Assembly: GCA_964016885.1 (NCBI GenBank)
Contig: OZ024743.1
Coordinates: 369,334,001 to 369,398,000, forward strand
DNA length: 64,000 bases
Source of the DNA: Eledone cirrhosa
Lineage: Eukaryota
Direction: 5' to 3'
Notes under the pieces: model-generated
Databases searched by the model: none
What the model was told of the DNA's origin: nothing
The model's input: the letters and a program-made list of their open reading frames with translations, nothing else
Translations under genes and position numbers: made by a program
In this document: positions 52,773 through 64,000 of the stretch, piece after piece
How the letters are laid out: each line of letters starts with the position of its first letter
Position numbering within the stretch: the stretch's first letter is position 1

Positions 52773-53214
52773 GAGAAATACCAATCTTATTTAAACTACA
52801 AGGAATCAAGATACATAACAGGAAATTAAATTAATTTTTAGGTATACTTACAGGGATAAAAATTATATTAATTCATATGAATGTGATAAATAAAGAAGTA
52901 AAAAATTAAAGCAATAAAAATATATATATGGGAAAACTGAGATAGATAAACATTTTTATAAAGAGTATTATATCTATACGGACATTGATGATATTAAAGA
53001 TATTAATTATAATTAATAATCATAGGTATTAAATGTAATAAATAGGGGATGCGATTAAATGAAATAGTGAGGTTAAAAATAATTTTAGGAAAAGAGAGCT
53101 GTAAGAGGGAAATAAAATTATGAAATTCTCTGTAGTAAATGACTAATTATAGGTTAACTAAATAAAAAAAAACAATTATAATAATTTTTAAAATATAATA
53201 GTAAGGTATATATT

Positions 53215-53500
53215 AATTAGGTTTATAATATTTGAAGGTTTTTCTAATTCTATGATTGCAAGATATAATTAATTCCTGTCGCTTATTTAATAGGATATCC
53301 TTAGATTTCATGTTTCAAAAGGTTCTTGGGAGCATAACCTACACTCGTATCTGCTATTTTGATAAAATTAGCTCTACATGATGGAGCTGACAAATATATA
53401 GTGAGTTAGAAACTTTCTTAATTTACTACTTAAAATTAAGTCTGACAAACCATATTGCTGTAGTTAGTATTTTTTCACCCTAGCAAACTTGGTCCTTACA
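53215..53500 (-). mobile_element. Possible remnant of a PLE GIY-YIG C-terminus (different family)
   Basis: Frameshifted peptides YQNSRYECRLCSQE and ILLNKRQELIISCNHR resemble the CxLCxxE...LNKRxELxxxCRH end of some PLEs. Confidence 0.4.
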
Positions 53501-53638
53501 ATTCAAACACATGTATGTTTATATTAGTGTTCATCTCTCTTGTTTATTCAATTATATGTATATATGGATATATCTGTATATATATATATACATATGTATA
53601 TATATGTATATATATATGTATATATATGTATATATATA

Positions 53639-55013
53639 TCATCATCATCATTTTATGTCCGCTTTTCCCTGCTTGAAAGGGTTGGATGGGTCCTATTCAA
53701 CTCAGCATCTCTCCACTTGTCACGGTCCTTCGTCATCTCCTCGAGAATTTATTCTCTAGCTCTACTGCTCTCACCAACTCCGCCCATGTCTTTCGTGGTC
53801 TACCTCTACTGTGTCTTCCTTCTACTGGGATTTCTTGGCACTTCTTCACCCAGCGGTCATCCTCCATGTGCATCACATGTCCATACCATCTCGGCCTTCT
53901 CTCCTGCACACCACAACTTATCCCTCTTATACCCAGTTTCTTTCTCAACTCGTCTATGCTTTGTCGTTCACGCACATTGACATTGCACATCCTACGGAGC
54001 ATACTTGTTTCATTTCTCTCCAGCCGTAGCATATGCTCTGCAGTTGCAGCCCATGTCTCACTACCATGCAGCATTGCGCATCTCACACAGGCATCATATA
54101 ACTGTCCTTTTGTATGCAGGGAGAAACCCTTCTTTGTCAACAAAGGAAGCAGCTCCCTAAACTTCTTTCAACCCGTCCTTATTTTAGATACCATGGCCTT
54201 GGAACACCCCCCCCTTCCCATGCTAATCTGATCACCTAGGTACCGGAAACTATCAACCGCTTCTATAGAACCCACCTGCATTGGAAAAATGTGTCTATCA
54301 CTGCGATTACTACTGCCAACTTTCCCTGTACATCTACTGCATACGTAGTTTTCCTGCTTTCCCACTACATCTCTTGTGTACCCAAGATCTGCATTGCGTA
54401 CATTTTATGGAATTTATGCCAGTTCCTTTCCTACATATAGAACATGGCCATTTTCCTGCTGGAATCGGAGTATTGTCCTCTCTTCTACTTATCAACACCT
54501 TTGTCTTAGCTATGATCACTCTGTCCTCTTGATTCCAACTGCTGTTTCCATAGCCAGAATTTATTCTCTAGCTCTACTGATTCTGCTATAAGAACCAGAT
54601 CATCAGCATAGAGAAATTCACATGGGCATGCAGTCTTAAACTCCTCTGTTATGGCTTGGAGGACTATAATGAACAAGAGTGGGCTGAGGACCGAACCCTG
54701 ATGTACATCTACTTGTATCTGGAATTCCTCACTAAACTCCACACTTACTCTCACTTTACTGACAGCACCCCTGTACATAGCTTGCATTGTCCTTACAAGC
54801 CATTCCTCTACACCTAGTTTCCTAAGGGACCACCAGATGACAGATCGGGGTACCCTATCAAAGGCCTTCTCTAGGTCAACAAAAGCTAAGTATAGTGGCT
54901 TATTCTTCTCTAAGAAGTTCTCTTGTAGATGCCTCACTAAGAAGAGGGCATCTGTTGTACTTTTCTGAGGCACAAAACCAAACTGCATCTCATCTAATTT
55001 GACCCTTTCACTA
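53639..55013 (-). mobile_element. RTE LINE (PHD family), diverged subfamily copy 7
   Basis: [16 protein letters not shown]...YADDL, PAGKWPCSICRKGTGINSIKCTQCRSWVHKRC, WYGHVMHM. Confidence 0.9.
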
Positions 55014-55023
55014 TATATGTGTG

Positions 55024-55097
<74 letters not shown>

Positions 55098-55098
<1 letters not shown>

Positions 55099-55966
55099 TA
55101 GCAGTAAAGCCCGGCGTTGCTCGGGGTCCCTCAGTAGCTGTGTTAAAGTTACAATGTTAAGTTTCTTTCTTGGCTTAAAAACTGTAGTGTCTACTGTGCA
55201 GACTTGCATGTGGTGTTTTTTATTAATATTCCCTCAACCAACAATATGCCTTATGAAGTTAAGAAAACATAACGATAACCCGAATGTTATAACAAAAGAG
55301 GATGCTGGGGATAGAAACTGCACTGGTTATTTATTAACAAAGATCGAAAATGTAAACACTGCAACGCAGAGAAAAACATTAGCGTAACCAAATTATCAGT
55401 TATGTCTGTCTGCACGCCTATATCACCTCTCTGCACGATTATCTGTCTGCACGCCTATATCACCTCTCTGCACGACTGTCTGTCTACACGCCTATATCAC
55501 CTCTCTGCACGACTGTCTGTCTGCACGCCTAACGACGAAATATTTGCTTGTTTTACGTAGTCTTTAAATAGACTTGTTTTCAAGTAAAAATATTGTTTTA
55601 AAATGCTTTTAAATGGAAATGAAGCAAAACGGAAGCTTAGCGTTCGAACTGATGAATTTTGCAGGTCAATATTTTGCTGGCTCGACAACTGTTAAAGCCA
55701 GCGTAATTTTTTACGTAAGACGCTCAATGTAAACAGAACAAAGGGAAATAACTGATAACTTACGCTCAAAAATCGATACATTATATTCGATTTCGTCACA
55801 TAGGGTAGGTCAATTTGAAATTTTTTTTTTCCGATGTCTTCGCTAGGGCTCAATGTACAAGTATAGCAATTTCGGTGCAATTCCGTGAGAGATTCTAAGA
55901 GGAGATGTGTGCCAAAAATCGATAGACAGACAGACAACCACAGTTTTATATATATATATATATAGA
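55098..55966 (-). mobile_element. Non-autonomous Helitron, copy 2
   Basis: Same termini as 26493-27307; the internal 37-bp unit is expanded to three copies. Confidence 0.85.
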
Positions 55967-56175
55967 TAGATAGATGTATATGTGTATATATATATAGTGT
56001 ATATATATGTATATATGTGTATGGATATATATGTGTATATATATGTGTGTATGTATATATATGTGTGTATATATGTGTGTATGTATATGTGTGTGTGTGG
56101 ATATAGATGTATATATGTGTGTATGTATATATATGCATGTATGTGTATGTATATATGTGTGTGTGTATGTATATA

Positions 56176-56206
<31 letters not shown>

Positions 56207-56306
56207 GTGTGTATGTATGTATATGTGTGTGTATGTATATATATATATGTGTGTGTATGTATATATATGTGTGTGTGTATATATATATATATGTATGTAT
56301 ATATAT

Positions 56307-56849
56307 CCCATGGTCGGGTCGTTGGCGACTAAACTGGCAACCCCACCAAGGTTTCTTGGTGAGGAGGATGACTTCGGACATCCTGCAGGACTAAAAACAA
56401 AACCTGTCAAAGAGCAAAGGAGCTCTTAAGAGTCAATGGCCATCCAAAATCACCGGGAGAGATGACCCCTTAGCCTTTGTCAAGGCAGAATTCTAGGAGA
56501 AGGAAAACTCTGATATAACACCTGCAACCCTGATGGTATCCAATGATGTTGACTTGTACTTCTTTTTGGTAAATATCATCTTGGTTAAGAGAGTGGGACT
56601 GGCTATGTGCAGTGCCTTTGCTCACGGCACAGGCATTGCTTTATATCTGGAGATCTCTCTGCACTTGTCGTCACATGGTACCATGGGCCCAGCACTATGT
56701 GTCAATAATTGTCACAAGTGTAGTGTTTGTACCAGAGTTTTCAAGTCGCTGGCTGGACTAAAAAGTCACACTCGTTCAGCGCGTCGGTAGGGGTTCTTCT
56801 ACATGGATATAAAGTAGTGGCCGTACTCGAAAACGAGTTGGCAGCCACC

Positions 56850-56850
<1 letters not shown>
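56307..56850 (+). mobile_element. Non-autonomous RTE-derived element, copy 3 (5'-truncated)
   Basis: Matches 29680-30239; ORF 56533-56790 ends [20 protein letters not shown]. Confidence 0.65.
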
Positions 56851-56905
<55 letters not shown>

Positions 56906-58347
56906 AGATAACAAGGATTTTATCTAAAAACAATGACTTCCAATTAATGGAAGTATGAATGACTATATGCACACATTCGTGCAACATATATCCGTGGTTA
57001 CAGTCACTCTGAATCTCCCTGAGAACTACGTTGAACGGTATACAATGCTGTGGAATACTCAGCCAGCCGGTTGTTTTTTTGTTCAAACATCTGGAATACT
57101 CGTCGCCACAACTGACGGATGTCCAACACTTGTAGCTGGCTGGTATGTTTCGAAATGATTTCAACTTCCTGAAATGTGCCTCTCGATATATCCACGAAGA
57201 AATAAATAATGAGTTGATATATATATGTTAATGCCAAGTTAAGTTCAATTAATGTTTTTTTATTTTAGTTTTATAAGCAAAAAGGTATGGGGGAAAAGAA
57301 TTTACTGAGTGCATCACGTATTTACTATACGTACACAAGCACACACACGCAAACAAACACACGCTTACTCATGCGTGTGTGTGTTAGTAGGGCGTAGTAC
57401 TGGCAGTGTTTTTTGTTGTGGATTCGCATCTTTTAATTGAACTTTCTCCAAGACAAAAATAAATCTTTTCTTAATTCCTTCTAACTATTAACCACAAAAG
57501 CTATGAAATAAATAGACTAGACAGTAAACGACAATTGTTGTAGACAACAAATATGATTTACGATGTTCCATAGCGAAAAATGTTTTTCTCTCCAGACATT
57601 ACAAGTAGTGTTAAATTATATAACCTGTCCATTCTTTTTTTAATCTGTAGGATGATATTTGTTGAAGATTTGGTTTGTATTTTTAGCAGATTGAGGCCCC
57701 CTTATCGGCTCATGATCAATCAGTTAACTATTAAGTTGTAGATAAGAAAAGCAGTTTAAAGAAGAATGGATTAAATATTTTTTCAAAACAAGTAGAACGG
57801 AGAGAGCTAAGGGAAGTAACTCTGTGTTTTAAACTAGAATTCTCTACTCCTCGTTCCGTCGACACTGTTAGCTGCTAGCAAGGTCATCGAGACATTTTTA
57901 TAGCCAGTGCACTTCGTACGTTAGAATTGATTAATAAAAAAATAAAAAAATATTAGACAAAACAACTGGCAAGGGAAACCCTTTAAAGTAGAAGGAGGAG
58001 GGGTGATGACTTCAGACCCTTATTAATGACAGTAATCGTGTTGCTGTTACTAATACGTCAAACTGGCATAGGGGTTGGGGGCGTGGGGATGAGTGCGTTG
58101 AGGAAAGAGACATTAAAAGGATTTTTTGGGTGGTGGGGTGGTGGGATTAGTTTTAAGTGCAGGCTGAAACAATTTTTTTTTATTAATATTTTGAAGCTTT
58201 GTAATCAACACTTCTCGTATTTCTTGTTTCAATATTACCATCTCTTTCATCTAGATAATATTTTTCAAACAATTTCAAAACTATATTATGCACGATTATG
58301 AAATATGAAAAACAAATAAATTTCAATTCTAGAATCTTTGTTGGCTT

Positions 58348-58378
<31 letters not shown>

Positions 58379-58384
58379 TTCATT

Positions 58385-60720
58385 CCTCGTCTTCCTGGGG
58401 TCAGTCCTCAAGCACACCTTGCATCAGATCCTGCCAGAAGCAGCCGTTTCCAAATTCTAGCCTACTGATTTTAAATCTGCCAGTTGTGATACCACTTTCA
58501 TCTCGGATGCACATGTCAATTTTGTTCATGAAAATAACAGGTGACAGTATGCACCCTTGTTGGAGTCTGACTCCCACATTGAATGGTTTTGACTTAGCAC
58601 CATTTATCTAAACAGATACTTGGGCATTTGTATAGACACACTGTATAACAAAGTGCAGGGCAATAAAGATAGACGGTAGTCACGGAATAGGCAGACCTAG
58701 AAAAACCTGGGACGAGCTGATAAACTCCGACATCACACACTTACACCTCTCCAAGACAATGTCACTGGACCGAGACCTTTGGCGGTACTCAGTAACAGAG
58801 AAGACCCGCCTTACCTAAATATATAATAAAACCTACTCCAGCCAGTAGGCATCTCTAACAAAATACACCCCGTCCCACCACCACCACCCCCACCCCATCC
58901 ACACCACCCCGTTCTATGTAAAGTTATGTTGGTGCCGCGCCATCGAGGCCGAAACAAATGAGATCGTGTAGGTGTCACGACAAAAAAACACACAGTCCAC
59001 GCTGTAATGTGGCCGTGTAGGCAACACGGTAAAAAACCTCCCAGACCCACACTGTAAATGTGGTTGGTGTTAGGAAGGGCATCCAACTGTAGAAAACCTG
59101 CCAGACAGTCCTATGCGAGCAAGACAATCACTCTTGCCTCAAGTGGGACTACCCCCGTCCAAACCCATGCAAGCGTGGAACACGGACGTTAAACGTTGAT
59201 GATGATGATGATGATGACATCAGGGCATCAAGAAGCTGACCATTGATCTTATACTCCTGCAGAAACCTTCCACAACAGGTCCTGAGTAACACGGTCATAT
59301 GCCTTTTCAAGGTCTACAAAGTAAGAATATACCACTTGGTAATACTCCCATGATTTCTCGAAGACCTGCCTCAGTGTGAATATGTGCTGCGTCTGGAGCG
59401 AAAAACACTGTTTCTCAGCTAGCTTGGGCACAACAATCTTTTTGCCAGACACTTACCATAGATATTTAGGTGGCTTAATAAGGAGAACCTTCTGCAATTA
59501 GAACAATCTTTCTTGTCTCCCTTTTTGAAAATTGGGATTATCATTCCCAATTGCCATTGCTTAGGTACCTTTCCAGAGTCTAGGCCACCCAGTACACGTG
59601 AATAGCAAGAGAATATCTTCTCTGTTTAAGGATTTTAACATCTTGGGCCAGATTTCATCTTCCTCAGTGGCCTTGCTACAGTTGAGTTCTTTAACTGCTC
59701 TTGTGACCTCAGCCTCTTAGAGATTAGTCACTGTTCCCAGATGTACCCTGTGTGCATCAGAAGATGCTGTTGTGATTGGGTTTAGGAGATCAGTAAAGTA
59801 TTCTCTCCACCTCATGAGGATGAATCTCTTTGCAGAGAAACCTCCAGATGTGTTCCTGATAGCAGGTGTGGAGGAAGACTTCTTATTACGAAGTTAGCGA
59901 ATGGTCTGCCAGAACACTTTATTTGTTGATCTGAAGTCCGATTCCTGCTTAACCCCCAAACCCTCACATGCCTTAACTTTGGACGCCTTTACTGTCTCTG
60001 GTAGAGGGGTCTGTTTGAAAAATATATTGCAGTCTCCATTTCATGCTGTAAAAACTGGCAATGGGCCAGTGATCTGTCCTCGGAGGCATGGGATAGACTC
60101 ACAAAAATTGCATATCCTGAGACCCCAAAGAGGGTTCAGAAGAGAGCAAACCTTGACAGTTGGAACATAATAACTCTTACAGGTAAGGAGCAGGAACAAA
60201 TGGAGGAGGCTAGATGCCACCAACTAGATATAGTTGGGGTTTCCTCAACAAAGTTCTATGGCTCTGATACAGTAGATTTGGATGGAGGAGAGAAACTCTA
60301 CTATACAGATGTGGCACTATAAATGATTGCACAGCAGGAGTGAGGGTACTCACAAGTCACTGGCTGTCAGAATGTGTTATAGACTGGATCCCATTAGGAG
60401 GGAGGATTTGCTTCTTCAAGCTTAGGCTGAAAGATAGGTCTCTGAATGTTGCAAGTTTATGCACCAAACAAGGAGTCTGAATACAGGTCCATCTTTGATG
60501 AAATCACTGAAGCGTTTGATGTAGTTAAGAATGAATCATATATCCTGATGGGTGACTTCAATGCACTTGTTGGCAGCTGTTAAATGCTGCGGGCAAAAGA
60601 GGCTTGGTGTGGTGCCAGATGGCAGGCAGACCCTTTGGGTCAAAGATGCCATACGAGCAAAGAAAGAAGCCTACAAAGCTTGGCTTAGAAATGTCTTCTT
60701 TCTTGCACTTGTGGTATAAT
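58385..60720. mobile_element. Rearranged old Rex3-like RTE fragments
   Basis: Minus-strand RT (QHIFTLRQVFEKSWEY...FVDLEKAYDRV, 59220-60040; also 58385-58640) and plus-strand EN (WNIITLTGKEQE, LDIVGVSST, ILMGDFNA, ~60150-60580). Confidence 0.75.
58641..59216 (+). mobile_element. RTE LINE (PHD family), 3' fragment copy 8, nested in the Rex3-like element
   Basis: Near-identical to 51419-51981; interrupts the sequence gtataga.acatcagggcatc, which is intact at 16250-16270. Confidence 0.92.
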
Positions 60721-61049
60721 CAGGCACAAAGAATTGCAGGAGAGATAGTATATATTAGCAATTCATTAAATATATAATAGTTTTGACTCGTGGTGGATTC
60801 ATCAACGCTCTCATGGAAAGTTTGATATGTAAAACAAAACCTACCAGTTAGATCCCATCGGTCCCATTGTGAATTTTGAGAGTTTATTCTCGCTAATAGG
60901 AGGTCCATAACCTCAGATTTTAGAAGAATGAAAAATATGACATTTAAGCTTTTTTCACTGGTATTTGTAAAGGATGGCTTTCTTTGAAATGAGTGGGACT
61001 AGATTTTATGAAAGAAAGCAATTGTAGTTAATACCAGGGCTAGATTATC

Positions 61050-61360
61050 CTCTTTCTCATCCCACACTTTCCAGAGAGGGTCGTAGGGAGAAGAGTCCTC
61101 AAGCATGCCTTCCAGCAGGTCCTGTCAGAAGCAACCATCTTCAAACTGAGCCAGCTGGATCCCCAAGCGAGGCCAACCGAGCTCATTGATGTTATTTAAG
61201 CATCTTGTTTGGGGTCCTCTGCAGTTGGTTTTGAAGCTCTCAGTTTGGAGAAGTATTGGCTCTACCTGGAGCAACTCTCTGATCTTTGCAATCAGTTGTA
61301 TAAAGACTTGTAATGACATCCTGCTATCTTGTGGGAATCTGTCAGCATATGGTTAGCTCT
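61050..61360 (-). mobile_element. Rex3-like RTE 3' end fragment
   Basis: CRGPQTRCLNNINELGWPRLGIQ is homologous to 16470-16540. Confidence 0.7.
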
Positions 61361-61469
61361 GTATGTGAGTGTGTGTGGTCTTTATGTGTGTGTGTGTTGC
61401 ATCTTTTGAGTTAGTTATTTAAGTATATATATATGTATGCATATATATATTATATAAAAACCAGATAGA

Positions 61470-62165
61470 CCATCATCATCCCAATTTTCTGTCTATTTTC
61501 CATTCTTGCATGCATTGGATGGGTGGTCACATTCTGAGACTAGTTATGTCAGATGGCTGCATCTTACTCATATGTTCCATTTTTGGCTTAGCTTCTACAG
61601 CTTGATGCCTTTCCTTATGCCAACCACTTCACAGATTGTACTGGGTACATTTTATCATGGCACTGCCAATACCTTCTAACTGGTTGGACTGGGTGCTTTT
61701 ATTGACACCAGCACTGCCACTTTATAGAGATGCTTGGATTATTTTATTGTTTTACCAGCACAATCGTTTTACTGTTTGAGCTGTGTATTTTATCATGGCA
61801 CCAACACTACAATTTTACAGATTGAACAAAGTGCATTTTATTGTGTTACTACTCATTGTGTGTGCTGAGTGTATTTATTGTAGCACCAGCACTACCACTT
61901 TACTGTGTGGGCTGAGTATTTATTGTAGCAATAGCACTACCACTTTACTGTGTGGGCTGAATGTATTTATTGTAGCACCAACACTCACACTTTACAGGGT
62001 GGACTGGGCATATTTATTGTAGCACCAGCACTCACACTTTACAGGGTGGACTGGGCGTATTGTTGCACCAGTACTACCATTTTATTGTGTGGGTTGAGTA
62101 CATTTTATTGTAGCACTATCACTTACAGGGTGGACTTGGTGTATTTATTGTAGCACTAGTACTAC
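61470..62165 (-). mobile_element. RTE-tailed SINE-like element with an expanded ~40-bp minisatellite
   Basis: (CAT)n tail at 61472, ttctacagcttgatgccttt, then about 11 units of tttattgtagcaccagcact..cactttac. Confidence 0.65.
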
Positions 62166-64000
62166 AATTCACGACATTAGGGCAACCAGTTTGAGTAATT
62201 AGATTTATAACAAAAAAAAATCTATTTAATCTCATTGCCATTTATGAAGGAGACAGAACAGAAACTATTTGATGTTCATGTTTTGTCCAACAGTTCAAGA
62301 ACCTCATCTCTGTGTGGGTGTACACGTGTCATTTCAATATTAGATTTTAAAACTGATAAACTTGGCTTGCTGTGTTCTAAATATTTAAATAAACTAAATC
62401 AATGTTACTTTTGATTGATTTAGTTCATTTTACATCTGTTTTTAGTTTTTTTTAAAAAGTACACTCCATCAATTTAACAACAGTAGTGTCAGCTGTTTAA
62501 AATTCCTTTTTCTTTTCATTATTAGACATTTCTGTATTGTGAAGTGAATATGAATTATAATTCATATCCACTTCACAATACAGAAATGTTTAATAATTAT
62601 TAATAACTAAATAAATTATATCATGAAAACAGGTTTGTCTCCGGCTTAGCCTTTTCCATTATTATAAAAATATAACCTTCTGCATCAGATCGTTTTTCTT
62701 TAATGTCTGACAAATGGTTTCCTGTTTTGTTTGTTTTTTTGCCTTGTTCTTTGGATTATTGCTGCGTTTCCTTTTGATTATCCAGCCATGTATAATGAAA
62801 TGGCATCAACTCATTATATTGTATTTATATTTTATTTCATTATTTTTGTTTTATCCCCCCCCCCCCTCCCCCTCCCATCGAGAATACTTTAGCACGCACA
62901 CATAGACACACATATATATAGACACACATGCTCTCTAAAATAAATTTTTATCTTTTATTTGAATATTTTCTTTCATTTTACTTAATTTTTTCTTTTCATT
63001 TCCTCCACCAACTCCTCTCTGATTTTTTATTATTTTATTTTTCTATTTTTCTTTCCTTTTTCCGTATTTCTCCTAACTTTTTCTTTTCATCATTTTCTCT
63101 TCTCCCCAAGATCCTCGTTATTTCTCCTTTACTTTTACCTTTATGTCTTCTTATTCTTCTCTTTTGCCTCCTTTTTATTTTCTCTTATGTTTTCCCCACT
63201 CTCATATAGACACACAGACAAACTTGATATCATACATTATATTAAACTGTTCATTCAGGGGAATATAAAAGTTAAAAAAGACTAAAAAACTAGACCGAAT
63301 CCAAATGAAACCAAACCGGAAGGTTAAATAAACCCAGTACATAAATAGACTGTCTTTCCTAATAAACATGCAAGTCTTGTGTGTGTGTGTTTCGTGGTGG
63401 TGGTGGGGTCACTTCTAGATAATATTGTGCATAAAGAGATAAAGATTGCCCAACATAACCTCATGTAATCTCTTTGGAATTTCAAGCTTTAAAAAAAACT
63501 TGATAGCCATCTTAACGTGGGGTTTGAAGATAACAACAAGCAAAGCCAACAGAGAGAAGAGAGTCTGACTTTGACTATTTTATCTTGCTGTAACAAAAGA
63601 TGCTCCTATTTTGCTTCTTCTTTTCTTGCAAATCTCTATAATTAGGGTGGTTGGGAATGAAGAAGTACTTCTTTTGGGGTAAGAGGAGGGGAGAGTAATA
63701 ATAAGCTGTGTAATATGGCTTGGGAAGTAGGTTTTATTCATTCATTTATTTATTTTTACTTAGTTTTTCTTTTGGCTAAGTATGTATCACAATTGAACTA
63801 TTCTTTTTCAATTCTTCTCTTTTCATGTTGTTTGTTTATTTTGTTTGCTAGTTCGTTAAATAATTGTCTACCTTGAAGTTAACAGTTGTTGTCTACATTG
63901 TTTTGAATATGAATCTTTAGTTGGCAAATTGTATTGTTGGCAAAGTCCTTGAGTTAAACAGTTGGGAACTTTGTTCTAGATATCTGCATAGCTTTAGTCA

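Noticed and set aside
62714-63209. Hydrophobic membrane-protein-like ORFs
   Set aside because: Produced by T/C-rich low-complexity sequence.

Overview
Eukaryotic, AT-rich, repeat-saturated DNA with no prokaryotic gene organisation, CRISPR, rRNA or clear tRNA genes. The repeat landscape (kb-scale TA/TATG microsatellites, GAT-tailed RTE LINEs, tRNA-derived SINEs) suggests an octopod cephalopod; this is an inference, not a lookup. Contents: (1) eight copies or fragments of an RTE LINE with a PHD finger inserted in its RT; (2) a CR1-group LINE with an intact 1006-codon ORF2 and a two-CCCH ORF1; (3) a near-intact Dong/R4-type RLE LINE; (4) Rex3/Expander-like RTE and Tx1-like fragments; (5) Penelope-like elements (PLEs) with hammerhead-ribozyme motifs; (6) Merlin, mariner, maT (DD37D), piggyBac-type MITE and non-autonomous Helitron DNA elements; (7) several SINE families and many fold-back hairpins. 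One possible host terminal exon lies at 6452-6650. The long Y/I/M/V/C ORFs in the track are microsatellite artefacts. I found no unambiguous new biological system. The best leads are a candidate -1 frameshift linking CR1 ORF1 to an AUG-less ORF2, a twin-priming inversion in a non-L1 LINE, the PHD-in-RT RTE family, the PLE hammerheads and fold-backs, and a 35-kb microsatellite-nested retroelement cluster with strand-polarised arrays. All coordinates and translations were read by eye.
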